Source: Nitrosopumilales archaeon (lineage in GTDB: Archaea > Thermoproteota > Nitrososphaeria > Nitrososphaerales > Nitrososphaeraceae). Taken from it: a DNA stretch of 25,178 nt. Numbering within the stretch: position 1 is the first letter of the stretch; every line of letters starts with the position of its first letter. The notes beneath the pieces were generated by a model, which was given only the letters and a program-made list of their open reading frames with translations, made no database searches and had not been told where the DNA came from. Shown here one piece after another: positions 1-8,606 of this stretch. The position numbers and the translations under genes are program-made. Where the stretch lies: positions 24,828 through 50,005 of the forward strand of contig JBIQJB010000016.1 of assembly GCA_044507735.1 (NCBI GenBank). The letters are read 5' to 3'.

Positions 1-31
1 CTTCTTCTTCTTCTTCTTCTTCTTCTTCTTC
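1..31. repeat. (CTT/GAA)10+ trinucleotide microsatellite encoding poly-Glu
   Basis: cttcttctt... seen directly at 1-31, in frame as GAA codons of the minus-strand CDS; truncated by the window edge. Confidence 0.95.
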
Positions 32-1174
32 ACTTGATAGTTCTGCCGGGGGCAATGGCGGTGGTTGTGGACTGACAATCGCAGATGAGCTCTCTCTGTT
101 CATGGTTCTTGGCGGCTCCCTTAGCGGTGGCTCTGGTGCATGTCTTTTTCTCGTCCTGAGAAACAGCAATGCGCCCGCTCCTCCTGCCGCGGCCGCTGCT
201 CCTGCCACTATTACGCCGATAGGCGCCTCAGGCTCGGGCATATCGCGTATTGCGGCAACGGCGTTCTCTGCAGAGGCTATAGCTGTCACGTAATCGCCGA
301 CTGTGAACTGGTTCTTTGCCTGCTGTAGAATCTCTTCTGCGTCTGTAATGTCGCGGCCCTGGTCGCCAGCACTCCTTATGTCCGCCTCAGATTTACTAAT
401 TGCAGCCTGTGCTGCCTCATAATTCCTCCCAGCAGCCGCGGCAACATCATTAGCCTGACCTGCGAGGCTCTCAGCTTCAGAAAATCTTCGCTCTTCCATG
501 GCAGCGATGGCCTTGTCAAGAAGTTGCTGCGAAGCAGCAAGTACAATGCCCTGGTGGCTTGCCTTGACTTCGCGGATTGTAGCTGTCGCAACTTGAATCG
601 CAATGTTTGCCTGATCTTCTGTGCCAAGGACACCTATTGAGTATGTGATCCGTATGTTCCCCGGATTGCCAAAAGTCAGTAGAGGCTGATCGTTGACGAA
701 CCTGATGGCAGGAATCGGCTGAGTGTCTACAAGCACGCTGTCAATGGGAAGCCTGACTATTGGGCCGGTGGTCGCGTCCACTGAAAACATCCAGATTCCC
801 GCGGTTCTGTTTGCAAGATCTGGTGTAGTGTAGCTTATCCTTACGTTTTGGACGCCCGGTGTATTCAGAACTATTTCATTTGGACTGTCTATGTCATAGT
901 CTACAAGCTGGTCGTCAAGGTCGCGGACTATCAGGTCGTTAATGTGGCTGCCGCCGAATAACTTGATCCTGATTTCTTCGTCCAGTGGATCGTTGATTCT
1001 GACGTCGTATTCAACAAGGGCATCACCGTTTGCAAAGAGCGCAATAAAGAGTGATTCTGATCTATAATCGAGATCCTGCTGAGCGGAAACCTGCTGGGTC
1101 ACCGTTGCTGCGAGGAGCAACATCCCTGGAACGAAAAATCTAGTCCCCCTTCTCCAAGGATATGTAGATATCAT
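1..1174 (-). CDS. Membrane-anchored exported protein, partial (3' end runs off the window); possibly COG2512-like membrane protein with a C-terminal HTH beyond the edge
   Basis: Absent from the ORF track because it has no stop in the window. Hand translation from ATG 1174 (alternative ATG 1123) is open for 391 codons: signal-peptide-like MLLLAATVTQQVSA, a beta-rich domain (LFANGDALVEYDV), an Ala-rich helical region, TM helix IGVIVAGAAAAAGGAGALLFL followed by RTRKR, a Pro-rich linker and poly-Glu. The family guess is inference. Confidence 0.85.
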   Translation of the reverse strand, partial: MISTYPWRRGTRFFVPGMLLLAATVTQQVSAQQDLDYRSESLFIALFANGDALVEYDVRINDPLDEEIRIKLFGGSHINDLIVRDLDDQLVDYDIDSPNEIVLNTPGVQNVRISYTTPDLANRTAGIWMFSVDATTGPIVRLPIDSVLVDTQPIPAIRFVNDQPLLTFGNPGNIRITYSIGVLGTEDQANIAIQVATATIREVKASHQGIVLAASQQLLDKAIAAMEERRFSEAESLAGQANDVAAAAGRNYEAAQAAISKSEADIRSAGDQGRDITDAEEILQQAKNQFTVGDYVTAIASAENAVAAIRDMPEPEAPIGVIVAGAAAAAGGAGALLFLRTRKRHAPEPPLREPPRTMNRESSSAIVSPQPPPLPPAELSSEEEEEEEEEE

Positions 1175-1238
1175 CAGAACGACTTTCCAATCTTAAAAGG
1201 AACGCTGGAAATGATATAAGTCTTGTGACCCTTTTCGG

Positions 1239-2924
1239 CTAACTTTTTGGTTCAGGGTAAAAGTTACGGAAGTTCTTCTCATTATAACCCTCAACCCATC
1301 GGAACTTGCGTTGGAGCGTGGCAGTATAGATTTTTGTCCAATCGAGCTCTACATAATTGAGCCAGGCCTTCATGAGGCGAGGATCAATGTAGTTTCGGAG
1401 CGAGGTGCCGAGGCTGTAATCTTTCGTCTCCTGCTGAAGTCTCAGCTGGATCTTAAGCTTTTCGAGCCTTTCCTTCAGGCGCTGCTCTTGAAGCTCAGTC
1501 TTCCACTTTTTGGCTGCAATGTCGGCCTCCAGCTGTTCTATCGCTGCCCTCTTTTTCGCCAAAGACTCTTCAAACTTTTCAAGTGCTTTCTTTGCGGCCG
1601 GGTTCTTGGGGTCGACACCCTTCTTGTGGTTGCACTTTATGGCCGCTTCAAGGTTTGCTTTCTTTGCGTAATAGATCTTTTCAGCTTCGGACGAATTCTT
1701 GTCGACTTTGGCTTTGATCAGCTCCTGTTGCACGACCCGGGTAGCGATGCACGTCCTAAACACTTTTGCAGTAAGTCCTGGCATTATCTGCTGCAAAAAC
1801 GCGTTCACCTTGCGCGAGTTGATGCCGTCGAAAATGGGATCGCCTGGCTTTTTGCCCTGCATGAACTTCTTGAGGTTTTGGTATAATGCTTCAGTGTCCG
1901 GTGAGTTGACTTCTAGCGTCTTTTGCCAAGGTACGCTATCTTTGCCTAAAAAGTTGAATTCGATCACCTTTTTCGTGTCAGTCTGCGGGAACTTTATGTG
2001 CTCAGCTCTGAGGGTGCTTGCACCTACGGTGTCTGCTTCGTCAGGATCCTTCTCGTCGCCGACCCTCATGGCCAATTTTAGAATCAAATAGGCAACAGTA
2101 GCGGTCTTGTCGCCTCCTTTCATCATCCTTTTGGTGACTTCGCGGTGCACCTTGGTTTCCTGCTCCGCCAACTTCTTTGCCTTGTCGTACTTTGCCTTGT
2201 CGCTCTCCTGCCTGAGCGCAGACGAATCGTGTAACCACACATACTTGCGTTTGCCTGTTAGAGTTTCTATCCAAGTGGCTAGCCATGTTGAAGAATGGTC
2301 GTGCACTATTTCCTTCCAGTTTCCCTCTGGTACCGGCGCGTTTTCACCTAAGTTGAGTGTCACGTCCTGCGGCCTAACTCGGGGCTTCCACCGACCACGC
2401 ATTGGATGCTGCCCACGACCCATGAACAAACCCGGTGGCTCGACGAGCCAGTTTGCAATGTCTACTTCAACCCCATCGACGATGGCTTTGCCGTATGTAG
2501 CTTTCAGCCTTTCGCGCTCGGCCTTTTTGGCAAGTGAAATCTTCTTCTTCTCCTCCTTTGGCAAATTCTTGTATCTTTCCTTCTCTTGTTCCTTCATCTG
2601 CTTTTCTTCATCTGCCAAGCGGTAAGCCATCGAAAAATCAATGTCTTTGATTGTGACGTTATTGAATTTTTCAGGCAGGAGTCTTCGGAGGTCGATCATG
2701 AAATTCTCTTGGAAAACAGGATCCTGCACATAATGTGTATCCTTTTTCTTCGCCCACGCGTATACAAGCTCTTCCTGATCGCGATTGAGCGCCAGCTTCT
2801 CACCTCTGATCGTTACGACGATGCCCCTTGGCTGGTACTCAGGCGGGAATGCGACTCCTTTGTGCTCCAGCGTCTGCCACTTAGCACGCACACTAGTAGT
2901 GGCAGAAGCGACGGCCTCTTCCAA
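1239..2924 (-). CDS. top1: DNA topoisomerase IB (eukaryote-like, thaumarchaeal)
   Basis: WQTLEHKG, EPPGLFMGRGQHP, AMRVG (catalytic R), FLGKD (K), AKVFRT (R), KCNH (H), a coiled-coil linker, and TSLRNYIDPR with the catalytic Tyr. TTG start. Confidence 0.97.
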   Translation of the reverse strand: MEEAVASATTSVRAKWQTLEHKGVAFPPEYQPRGIVVTIRGEKLALNRDQEELVYAWAKKKDTHYVQDPVFQENFMIDLRRLLPEKFNNVTIKDIDFSMAYRLADEEKQMKEQEKERYKNLPKEEKKKISLAKKAERERLKATYGKAIVDGVEVDIANWLVEPPGLFMGRGQHPMRGRWKPRVRPQDVTLNLGENAPVPEGNWKEIVHDHSSTWLATWIETLTGKRKYVWLHDSSALRQESDKAKYDKAKKLAEQETKVHREVTKRMMKGGDKTATVAYLILKLAMRVGDEKDPDEADTVGASTLRAEHIKFPQTDTKKVIEFNFLGKDSVPWQKTLEVNSPDTEALYQNLKKFMQGKKPGDPIFDGINSRKVNAFLQQIMPGLTAKVFRTCIATRVVQQELIKAKVDKNSSEAEKIYYAKKANLEAAIKCNHKKGVDPKNPAAKKALEKFEESLAKKRAAIEQLEADIAAKKWKTELQEQRLKERLEKLKIQLRLQQETKDYSLGTSLRNYIDPRLMKAWLNYVELDWTKIYTATLQRKFRWVEGYNEKNFRNFYPEPKS

Positions 2925-3035
2925 TTTTATAAGAAAACCGTCGAGGACTACTCTTAAACCTTATCCCAGTTGACAAGTATTATTATTTTTGGCATCTTCT
3001 GCTCCCTCGGCTTGCACTATGTGCATGCGTGTGCG

Positions 3036-3182
3036 TTAAGCAGGTTCCGCAAATCCGCCTATCGGGATCTTGATGATTCCAGAATGACCAGTTTCTTTCT
3101 GGTGATCAGCCATGTCCTCTCTAAAGAGGAAATTGGCCTTGCATTCTCTACAGATGTAGACAACATCTAGATCATCGTGCAT
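3036..3182 (-). CDS. 48-aa C2H2-type zinc-finger microprotein
   Basis: Hand translation MHDDLDVVYICRECKANFLFREDMADHQKETGHSGIIKIPIGGFAEPA*; pattern Y-x-C-x2-C-x3-F-x8-H-x5-H; TTATAA at 3219-3224 upstream. Below the ORF-track length cutoff. Confidence 0.75.
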   Translation of the reverse strand: MHDDLDVVYICRECKANFLFREDMADHQKETGHSGIIKIPIGGFAEPA

Positions 3183-4063
3183 TTCCTGTTCCGATCGATT
3201 CCGGCGGTCAATGATTCCTTATAACGATTTTGATAAAGTTGGACTGTCGATTCACTAGGGGATAAGCCCCCATTGATTGATCCTCAGCCAGTGCGGCGAG
3301 GGTCCAGCTCATGAGCGTGTTGTTGCAGCTTGATCCTTTGCTGAGCAGTAGTCAATACAACGCTTTTTCCCATCTGACAAGCTCGACATTGCTCATCAAA
3401 CATCCGCTTCTTGGGAGGATGCAATATCGATTCAGCAGTCTGCCGCATTTTGCAGCTATTTCAATTATTTCTCTCCTTTCTCGCCGCCCTCACAGCCTCT
3501 CTACTCCAAGTAACAAACTCACTGGGACGCAACCGTTTGAATTGAATGAGGGGTTCTCCTCTCTTGGGGATGGATGCTCTATATTACTGCATGGGGGAAG
3601 GGTTCTGAATTTTTTTGCTCCATGCATACCGTACGCAATCGCCTTGTCTTTGGTTATGGAAGAAAATGTTACTCCTTCGCTGCCGAGCAATCATTGTATC
3701 ATGTAGTCAGAAATATCTACATAGTCTATTTTGATCGAGATTCTTCCCTTCTTGTCCGCCGCGCCCCGAAATTCTGCAGTTACATGTGAATCTTGATGAA
3801 AGGATCCTGTTCAGATTCAATTGAACGTAGGGCTATCCATTTCCCACCCGTTTAATCTTTATTTGTTTTTGTTATTGAAGCCACAACCGCAATTATTTTC
3901 ATTGTTCTATCAGGTACCTCCCTCCCCCTCCAAGTCTTTTCATTGACCGATGCATGGGGTCATTCACGCTGACATAAAGAAGCCAAGATTGCTCCAACAA
4001 GGCCAGTTAATAAGATGATAAGTTGCTCTACGCACCAGATATTGCTCCGGGCACGCGCGGAAA

Positions 4064-6631
4064 TTACACAAGGGCACGGTCACCAGCTATCTCGTGACCA
4101 ATCTCTGTCTTTTCGCCCTCCACGACTCTGTGCATTACCTCTATTGCGGCCGGTTTGTGCAGGTATTCGTTGTTGTTGCCGCACCTGTAAGAATAAGTGC
4201 ACCGTGGACAGCCGCTTTCGCTCTTGCACGGGCATTCAGATAGAATGCGAAGCGCCCGCTCAAAGGCCTTATCCAGCCTATCATAGAGCGCCTTGCTCGC
4301 ACCATTACCGCCCATGCTACCATCGTAAACGAATATCAGCCCAGAAGAGCCAAGAGAAATGCCGCCCAAATCCTGAGACGCGCCTCCGGTTATCATTGCA
4401 CTCCCTTCGATAATGACGTGCTCTGATGCATGAAAACCGCTCATCTCCACGTACTCCTCATCGTTCACCTCTTGCAAAATGTCAGCAGGCTTGGGGGCCC
4501 GAAACACAAAGCCTTTGGTAACAAACTCGTATTCTAGAGGCTCATCCAGCATCACCTTCTTACCCTGCGCTACCTCGTGCCCGATCTCGATGTTTGCATA
4601 GCCCAGCACTCTTTTTTGAATCCTGAGAGCGCAATAGGCTACTTCAACTCCAAATACCGTCTTTTTGTCGTATGTCTCAAGAATTGATGGCCACTCGTCG
4701 CTAAGAGCTTTTGTATAGTAAGGATAATCAGAAGGCATGACTGCTAGCTCCGCGTACGGTTGGCTGTTCGGCTCAAAATGCAGCTGCTGAACCTTGTATC
4801 TTCGACCTGCATGAAAGTAAATTGCATTTGGGTGCAGTTCTTCAAGAGCCTGTGGTAATGAACGGTCGCCGATTATCCTCTTGTTGAACTTGATATCGAC
4901 CTTGCTACCAATGCCACGGATGCTGTATTCGCCGAGCAGCTTCATGGCCTCTTTCAGATCGGGCACGCATCGCTCTCTGACCACTCTTATCGCGCCCTTG
5001 GCGATCAGCTTTTCAACTATATCCCATACAGGCTTGCTCTCCGCCATGGATAGTGGCCTGTCGCATGCCATCGCAAGAACTTGATATTCCTGAACGAACG
5101 GATTTGCCGGGTCGGTGTAGGCATATTCATGATCCGCAAGGTAGTCTGATGGGTGCATCTTGTAGTACTGGCTTATAGGGTCGTTGCCAAGCGCTAGAAA
5201 GGCGTATCCTTGCTGGCCACGTCTCGCTGCGCGCCCAACTCTTTGTATGAGCCGATTGACCGGGACAATATTTGAGATTATTGCATCGACTTCTCCTATA
5301 TCGATGCCGAGTTCTAGTGTGGGTGTAGCAGATATCGCTGCCAGCTTGCCTGACTTGAATTGCTGCTCGATCTCTATTCTAAGCGCAGGCGGCAGACCAG
5401 CTCTGTGCACTTTGATGTTAACGCCCTGCCTTGATCCATAGAATGCCATCAGTTCCGATCCAAGATGCGAACCGGAGAACGCAATAGTCTTGTGCTTTCT
5501 CTTCGTGGTCTGCCGCAGCAGGTCAAGCGCCAATGATCTATAGGAGCGGAGAGACGGGAAGATTATAGCAAGGTTTATCCTCCCCCGCCTGCCCCTCCCA
5601 TGCACCACCTGCATTTTCCGGCCAAAGAGAGTCTCGCAGAATTCTTGCGCATTTGGAAGTGTGGCGGAAGCGGCAATTATCTGGAGCTTCTTGCTTGCAA
5701 GCCTTTCGAGCCTTGCGATAATATGGTGTACGTTTGCTCCAAAGATTCCTGTGTAGACATGAGCTTCGTCCACTACCAGAAACCTTGCTGTCCTGACCAT
5801 TCGTGAAAATTTTGTTCGATGCATCAAGTGGTAGTGGAGCACGTCGAAATTAGTGACAATGACGTCTGGCGGAGATTCCATTATCGAGTCTCGATCTTTA
5901 TCAGGCGTATCTCCGTCAAGAACTGCAACCCTTACACCAAGCGGTTCCGCCAACTCTTTTATCTTAGGTAGCTGGTCTCTGGAAAGTGCCTTTGTAGGGT
6001 ACACAAAAATTGCAGATACTTTGCCTTCGCCCGTCCTCAGAGATCCAAACCGCGGCAACTCTTCTGCAATTTTTTGCAACACAGGGATACAGAATGCCTC
6101 TGTTTTGCCTGACGCCGTGGGTGCTGTTATGACTATATTGTTTCCCTGTAGGATCTTTCTTACAGCTTGATCCTGATAGCTGTAAAGGCGCTCGATCCTT
6201 TTCGCCTTCAATACGTTGATCAGGGCTTCGTCCACAGGCAGATCCTCAATGTTCGATCCGAGTTCTGGCGGTGGCTCCTCGATTACTTGGAAATCTACGA
6301 TGTAGTCATCTTGGGATCGCAGTACGTCCTCCAACAGTGGGTCGCCAGTAGCCTTGGCGGCTTCCATTAGGGCTTCTATCTCCTTAGCAGGCCGGATTAT
6401 CCGCTCCTGCTCCATGAGCAGCTTCAGGTCGGCCGCGTCCGCAATTCCACTGCCATTGTCATACCTGTCAAGAAAGTCAAGATACGCTTCATCGATGTTT
6501 CCCGTAGCCGTCAAGATGGAGCATATCTTGCACTTGCCGCACTTGAATATCAGCCGACCATCAAATATCTTCTCAACGCTAATCGAATGGGGTGAGCTGC
6601 ATTTTGGGCAGCGGTAATTTACCACGGGCAT
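4064..6631 (-). CDS. SF2 DEAH-box helicase with C-terminal DUF1998 Zn-binding domain (Hrq1/YprA/SftH-like)
   Basis: APTASGKT, VYPTKAL, VVDEAH, SAT, HRAG, TLELGIDIG, QRVGRAAR; C-terminal FVYDG..GGNG and CPCKSESGCPRC; extra N-terminal CPKC..CGKC zinc ribbon. Confidence 0.93.
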   Translation of the reverse strand: MPVVNYRCPKCSSPHSISVEKIFDGRLIFKCGKCKICSILTATGNIDEAYLDFLDRYDNGSGIADAADLKLLMEQERIIRPAKEIEALMEAAKATGDPLLEDVLRSQDDYIVDFQVIEEPPPELGSNIEDLPVDEALINVLKAKRIERLYSYQDQAVRKILQGNNIVITAPTASGKTEAFCIPVLQKIAEELPRFGSLRTGEGKVSAIFVYPTKALSRDQLPKIKELAEPLGVRVAVLDGDTPDKDRDSIMESPPDVIVTNFDVLHYHLMHRTKFSRMVRTARFLVVDEAHVYTGIFGANVHHIIARLERLASKKLQIIAASATLPNAQEFCETLFGRKMQVVHGRGRRGRINLAIIFPSLRSYRSLALDLLRQTTKRKHKTIAFSGSHLGSELMAFYGSRQGVNIKVHRAGLPPALRIEIEQQFKSGKLAAISATPTLELGIDIGEVDAIISNIVPVNRLIQRVGRAARRGQQGYAFLALGNDPISQYYKMHPSDYLADHEYAYTDPANPFVQEYQVLAMACDRPLSMAESKPVWDIVEKLIAKGAIRVVRERCVPDLKEAMKLLGEYSIRGIGSKVDIKFNKRIIGDRSLPQALEELHPNAIYFHAGRRYKVQQLHFEPNSQPYAELAVMPSDYPYYTKALSDEWPSILETYDKKTVFGVEVAYCALRIQKRVLGYANIEIGHEVAQGKKVMLDEPLEYEFVTKGFVFRAPKPADILQEVNDEEYVEMSGFHASEHVIIEGSAMITGGASQDLGGISLGSSGLIFVYDGSMGGNGASKALYDRLDKAFERALRILSECPCKSESGCPRCTYSYRCGNNNEYLHKPAAIEVMHRVVEGEKTEIGHEIAGDRALV

Positions 6632-6663
6632 GACGCATGAACAGTGGTAGGATAATTGTTTTT

Positions 6664-7398
6664 CTATGTTCTTGCTATTTTCCAGAGGCTGTCAAAATAC
6701 AGCTTGAAATGATCTGTAATCTCTCTTGACGTAATCAGTATGCCCGTTGTGCTCTCCCAAGCCACTATCAACATCTTGTCGCCGAAAATGTCCATGGTGC
6801 CGGGGACTGGAAACGATACGAACTTCATATTGACGTTTTTGAGTTCCCTGTAGTGTTTCGATTTCATGAAATCCGTCGTTCCTATTCCCCTTTCGTCAAG
6901 CCTTTTTTGCTTCTGGAAAAGATGTAGCCGAGAATAGAAAGGGCTTGCAGTTTCATGGTAGTCTCCAAAAGGATAAAAGTAGCGGAGGATATCGCCTGGC
7001 TTTGCGTTCATTAGCAGAATTTCATATGCGGTTCGAAGACCTTTCAGACCGATGAAAATCTCTGCACTGTTCCTCTTTCCGGTCCCAATGTATTTGAGCA
7101 AGTCGGGGATGAGCCGGTTAACCATTTCCCTTTCACCCTGCAGCGATTCCTCTTTCCTGCGGATATAGTCGTGCAGCCTGTACGGTTCTGCGGCGCTGTA
7201 ATGTCGCACTTTGCCCATCAAGACATGGCTTACGAGCCCCTTCTTGCCAAGCCTCTCAAGAACATCGTATACCTTTGAGTATGACACTCTCGATTCCCTC
7301 ACTATGGCGCCTACCTTTGACGGCCCAAGACGCAGTAGCGACATGTACACTCTGGCCTCGCCGGAAGTCAGGTCAAGCGCAACAAGCTCTTTTAACAA
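6664..7398 (-). CDS. TrmB-family transcriptional regulator
   Basis: LTSGEARVYMSLL...SKVYDVLERLGKKGLV...YSAAEP is the TrmB N-terminal wHTH. Start moved from 7578 to TTG 7398, which avoids overlap with the divergent gene and lies 25 nt from a TATA element. Confidence 0.9.
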   Translation of the reverse strand: MLKELVALDLTSGEARVYMSLLRLGPSKVGAIVRESRVSYSKVYDVLERLGKKGLVSHVLMGKVRHYSAAEPYRLHDYIRRKEESLQGEREMVNRLIPDLLKYIGTGKRNSAEIFIGLKGLRTAYEILLMNAKPGDILRYFYPFGDYHETASPFYSRLHLFQKQKRLDERGIGTTDFMKSKHYRELKNVNMKFVSFPVPGTMDIFGDKMLIVAWESTTGILITSREITDHFKLYFDSLWKIART

Positions 7399-7420
7399 TA
7401 TGCCCCCTAGGAGGGAACTA

Positions 7421-7436
7421 GAATTTAAGTAATTTT
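7421..7436. promoter_or_regulatory. Candidate shared bidirectional TATA element (ATTTAAG)
   Basis: ATTTAAG at 7423-7429 lies about 25 nt from both the TrmB TTG (7398) and the SRPBCC GTG (7454). Confidence 0.55.
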
Positions 7437-7453
7437 TCAAGACAGACACAGAT

Positions 7454-7858
7454 GTGGGCAATCCGCGCAAAATAGTTGTAAAAACAATGACCGTGAATAG
7501 AAGCGTTGACAGTGTGTTCGATTTTTTCGAAGACCCAAAAAGCATGGAGATCGGAGGAGCCGCAAGGTCTGTTAGCAAGGACAGCGATGGCTCGTGGACT
7601 TTTGATCATGTTACGGGCAGGGCAAGGATGAAACACTCCCCTATGAGGGAAGCATGGGTGCTAGATCATACCTTTACTGGGGCAGGCCTTGAATGGCAAG
7701 TTTACGTTAGAATGGTTCCTAACTATGGCGGCACTACTGTCATCTGGGCTTTTGTGAGGCCGGATGGTCTGAGCGACGAGCAATTTGAGAGCCAGCTCAA
7801 AGGTTTCGATACCGAGATCTCCCTCTGGAAACAGGCGCTCGAAGACGGGCAAAACTAG
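7454..7858 (+). CDS. SRPBCC/START-fold (polyketide cyclase-like) ligand-binding protein
   Basis: TMTVNRSVDSVFDFFEDP..., VLDHTF, VRMVPNYGGTTVIWAF, and C-terminal helix EISLWKQALE; typical size and layout for the fold. Confidence 0.8.
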   Translation: MGNPRKIVVKTMTVNRSVDSVFDFFEDPKSMEIGGAARSVSKDSDGSWTFDHVTGRARMKHSPMREAWVLDHTFTGAGLEWQVYVRMVPNYGGTTVIWAFVRPDGLSDEQFESQLKGFDTEISLWKQALEDGQN

Positions 7859-7891
7859 CTATAATAATGGCATCGCAGAAGCTGCCGACAG

Positions 7892-8590
7892 TTGTCTGGT
7901 CTTGGAAGCCGCTACTGGGGAGAGGTTATCGAGGTACTGCGCTCCATAATCCCTGTCTATGACAAGGTCAACAGAGTTATCTCGCTTGGCAAGGATGAGG
8001 AATACAGACGGCGTGGTATCCATGGTAGGGTGCTGCCCGGAAACATTGTGCTTGATGCCGGCTCCGGCTATGGCAACATGTCCCGCGTCGCGCTTGCAGA
8101 GGCCGGCGGCGATGCAAGGGTGGTAATGTACGACCCCATCCCGGAAATGCTTGCCAATGTAAAAAAATTTCTTCCTGACTCGCAGGCAGCGCTTTCTTCC
8201 GGTGTATTCGAATACCTGCCGTTCCGGGATGGGACGTTTGATGCTGTGCTATGCGGCTATTCCTTGCGCGATGCAATCCGGCTCAGGGAAGCGATTGCAG
8301 AGATACACAGAGTGTTGAAGCCAGGCGGCCGGCTGGTTATTGTTGACTTGGGCAAACCCGACGGTTCTGTTTCTCGAGCGTTTGTCTCAATGTATTTGAA
8401 GTACTTTCTTGGCATCTTTGCATATTTCGCAGCCGGCAAGGCGGGATTGAAATTCAAGACACTTTATGGCACGTACTTGCGATGGCCGAAAAATTCAGAG
8501 CTCGAATCTTTACTGAAGGAAAAGTTTTCCCGTGTGGAATTTGACCAAGGCATGATTGGCGGCGCAGTGATAATAGCCGCATACAAGTAG
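7892..8590 (+). CDS. Class I SAM-dependent methyltransferase, UbiE/MenG-like
   Basis: YDKVNRVISLG, VLDAGSGYG, LPFRDGTFDAV, EIHRVLKPGGRLVIVD. Confidence 0.88.
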   Translation: MSGLGSRYWGEVIEVLRSIIPVYDKVNRVISLGKDEEYRRRGIHGRVLPGNIVLDAGSGYGNMSRVALAEAGGDARVVMYDPIPEMLANVKKFLPDSQAALSSGVFEYLPFRDGTFDAVLCGYSLRDAIRLREAIAEIHRVLKPGGRLVIVDLGKPDGSVSRAFVSMYLKYFLGIFAYFAAGKAGLKFKTLYGTYLRWPKNSELESLLKEKFSRVEFDQGMIGGAVIIAAYK

Positions 8591-8606
8591 TAGCATCAGG
8601 GTCAGC

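Noticed and set aside
102-633. Short ORFs at 102-293, 140-328 and 376-633
   Set aside because: They are shadow or alternate frames of the real minus-strand CDS at 1-1174.
3311-3706. 131-aa plus-strand ORF
   Set aside because: Ser/Leu-rich composition typical of an antisense shadow frame, with no motif.
4064-6631. DUF1998 helicase as part of a DISARM or Druantia defence system
   Set aside because: It is a fused Hrq1-type protein in a housekeeping context, with no DNA methylase, PLD, SNF2 or other defence genes nearby.
7399-7578. N-terminal extension of the TrmB ORF in the track
   Set aside because: It overlaps the divergent SRPBCC gene and the promoter; TrmB similarity begins at about 7398.
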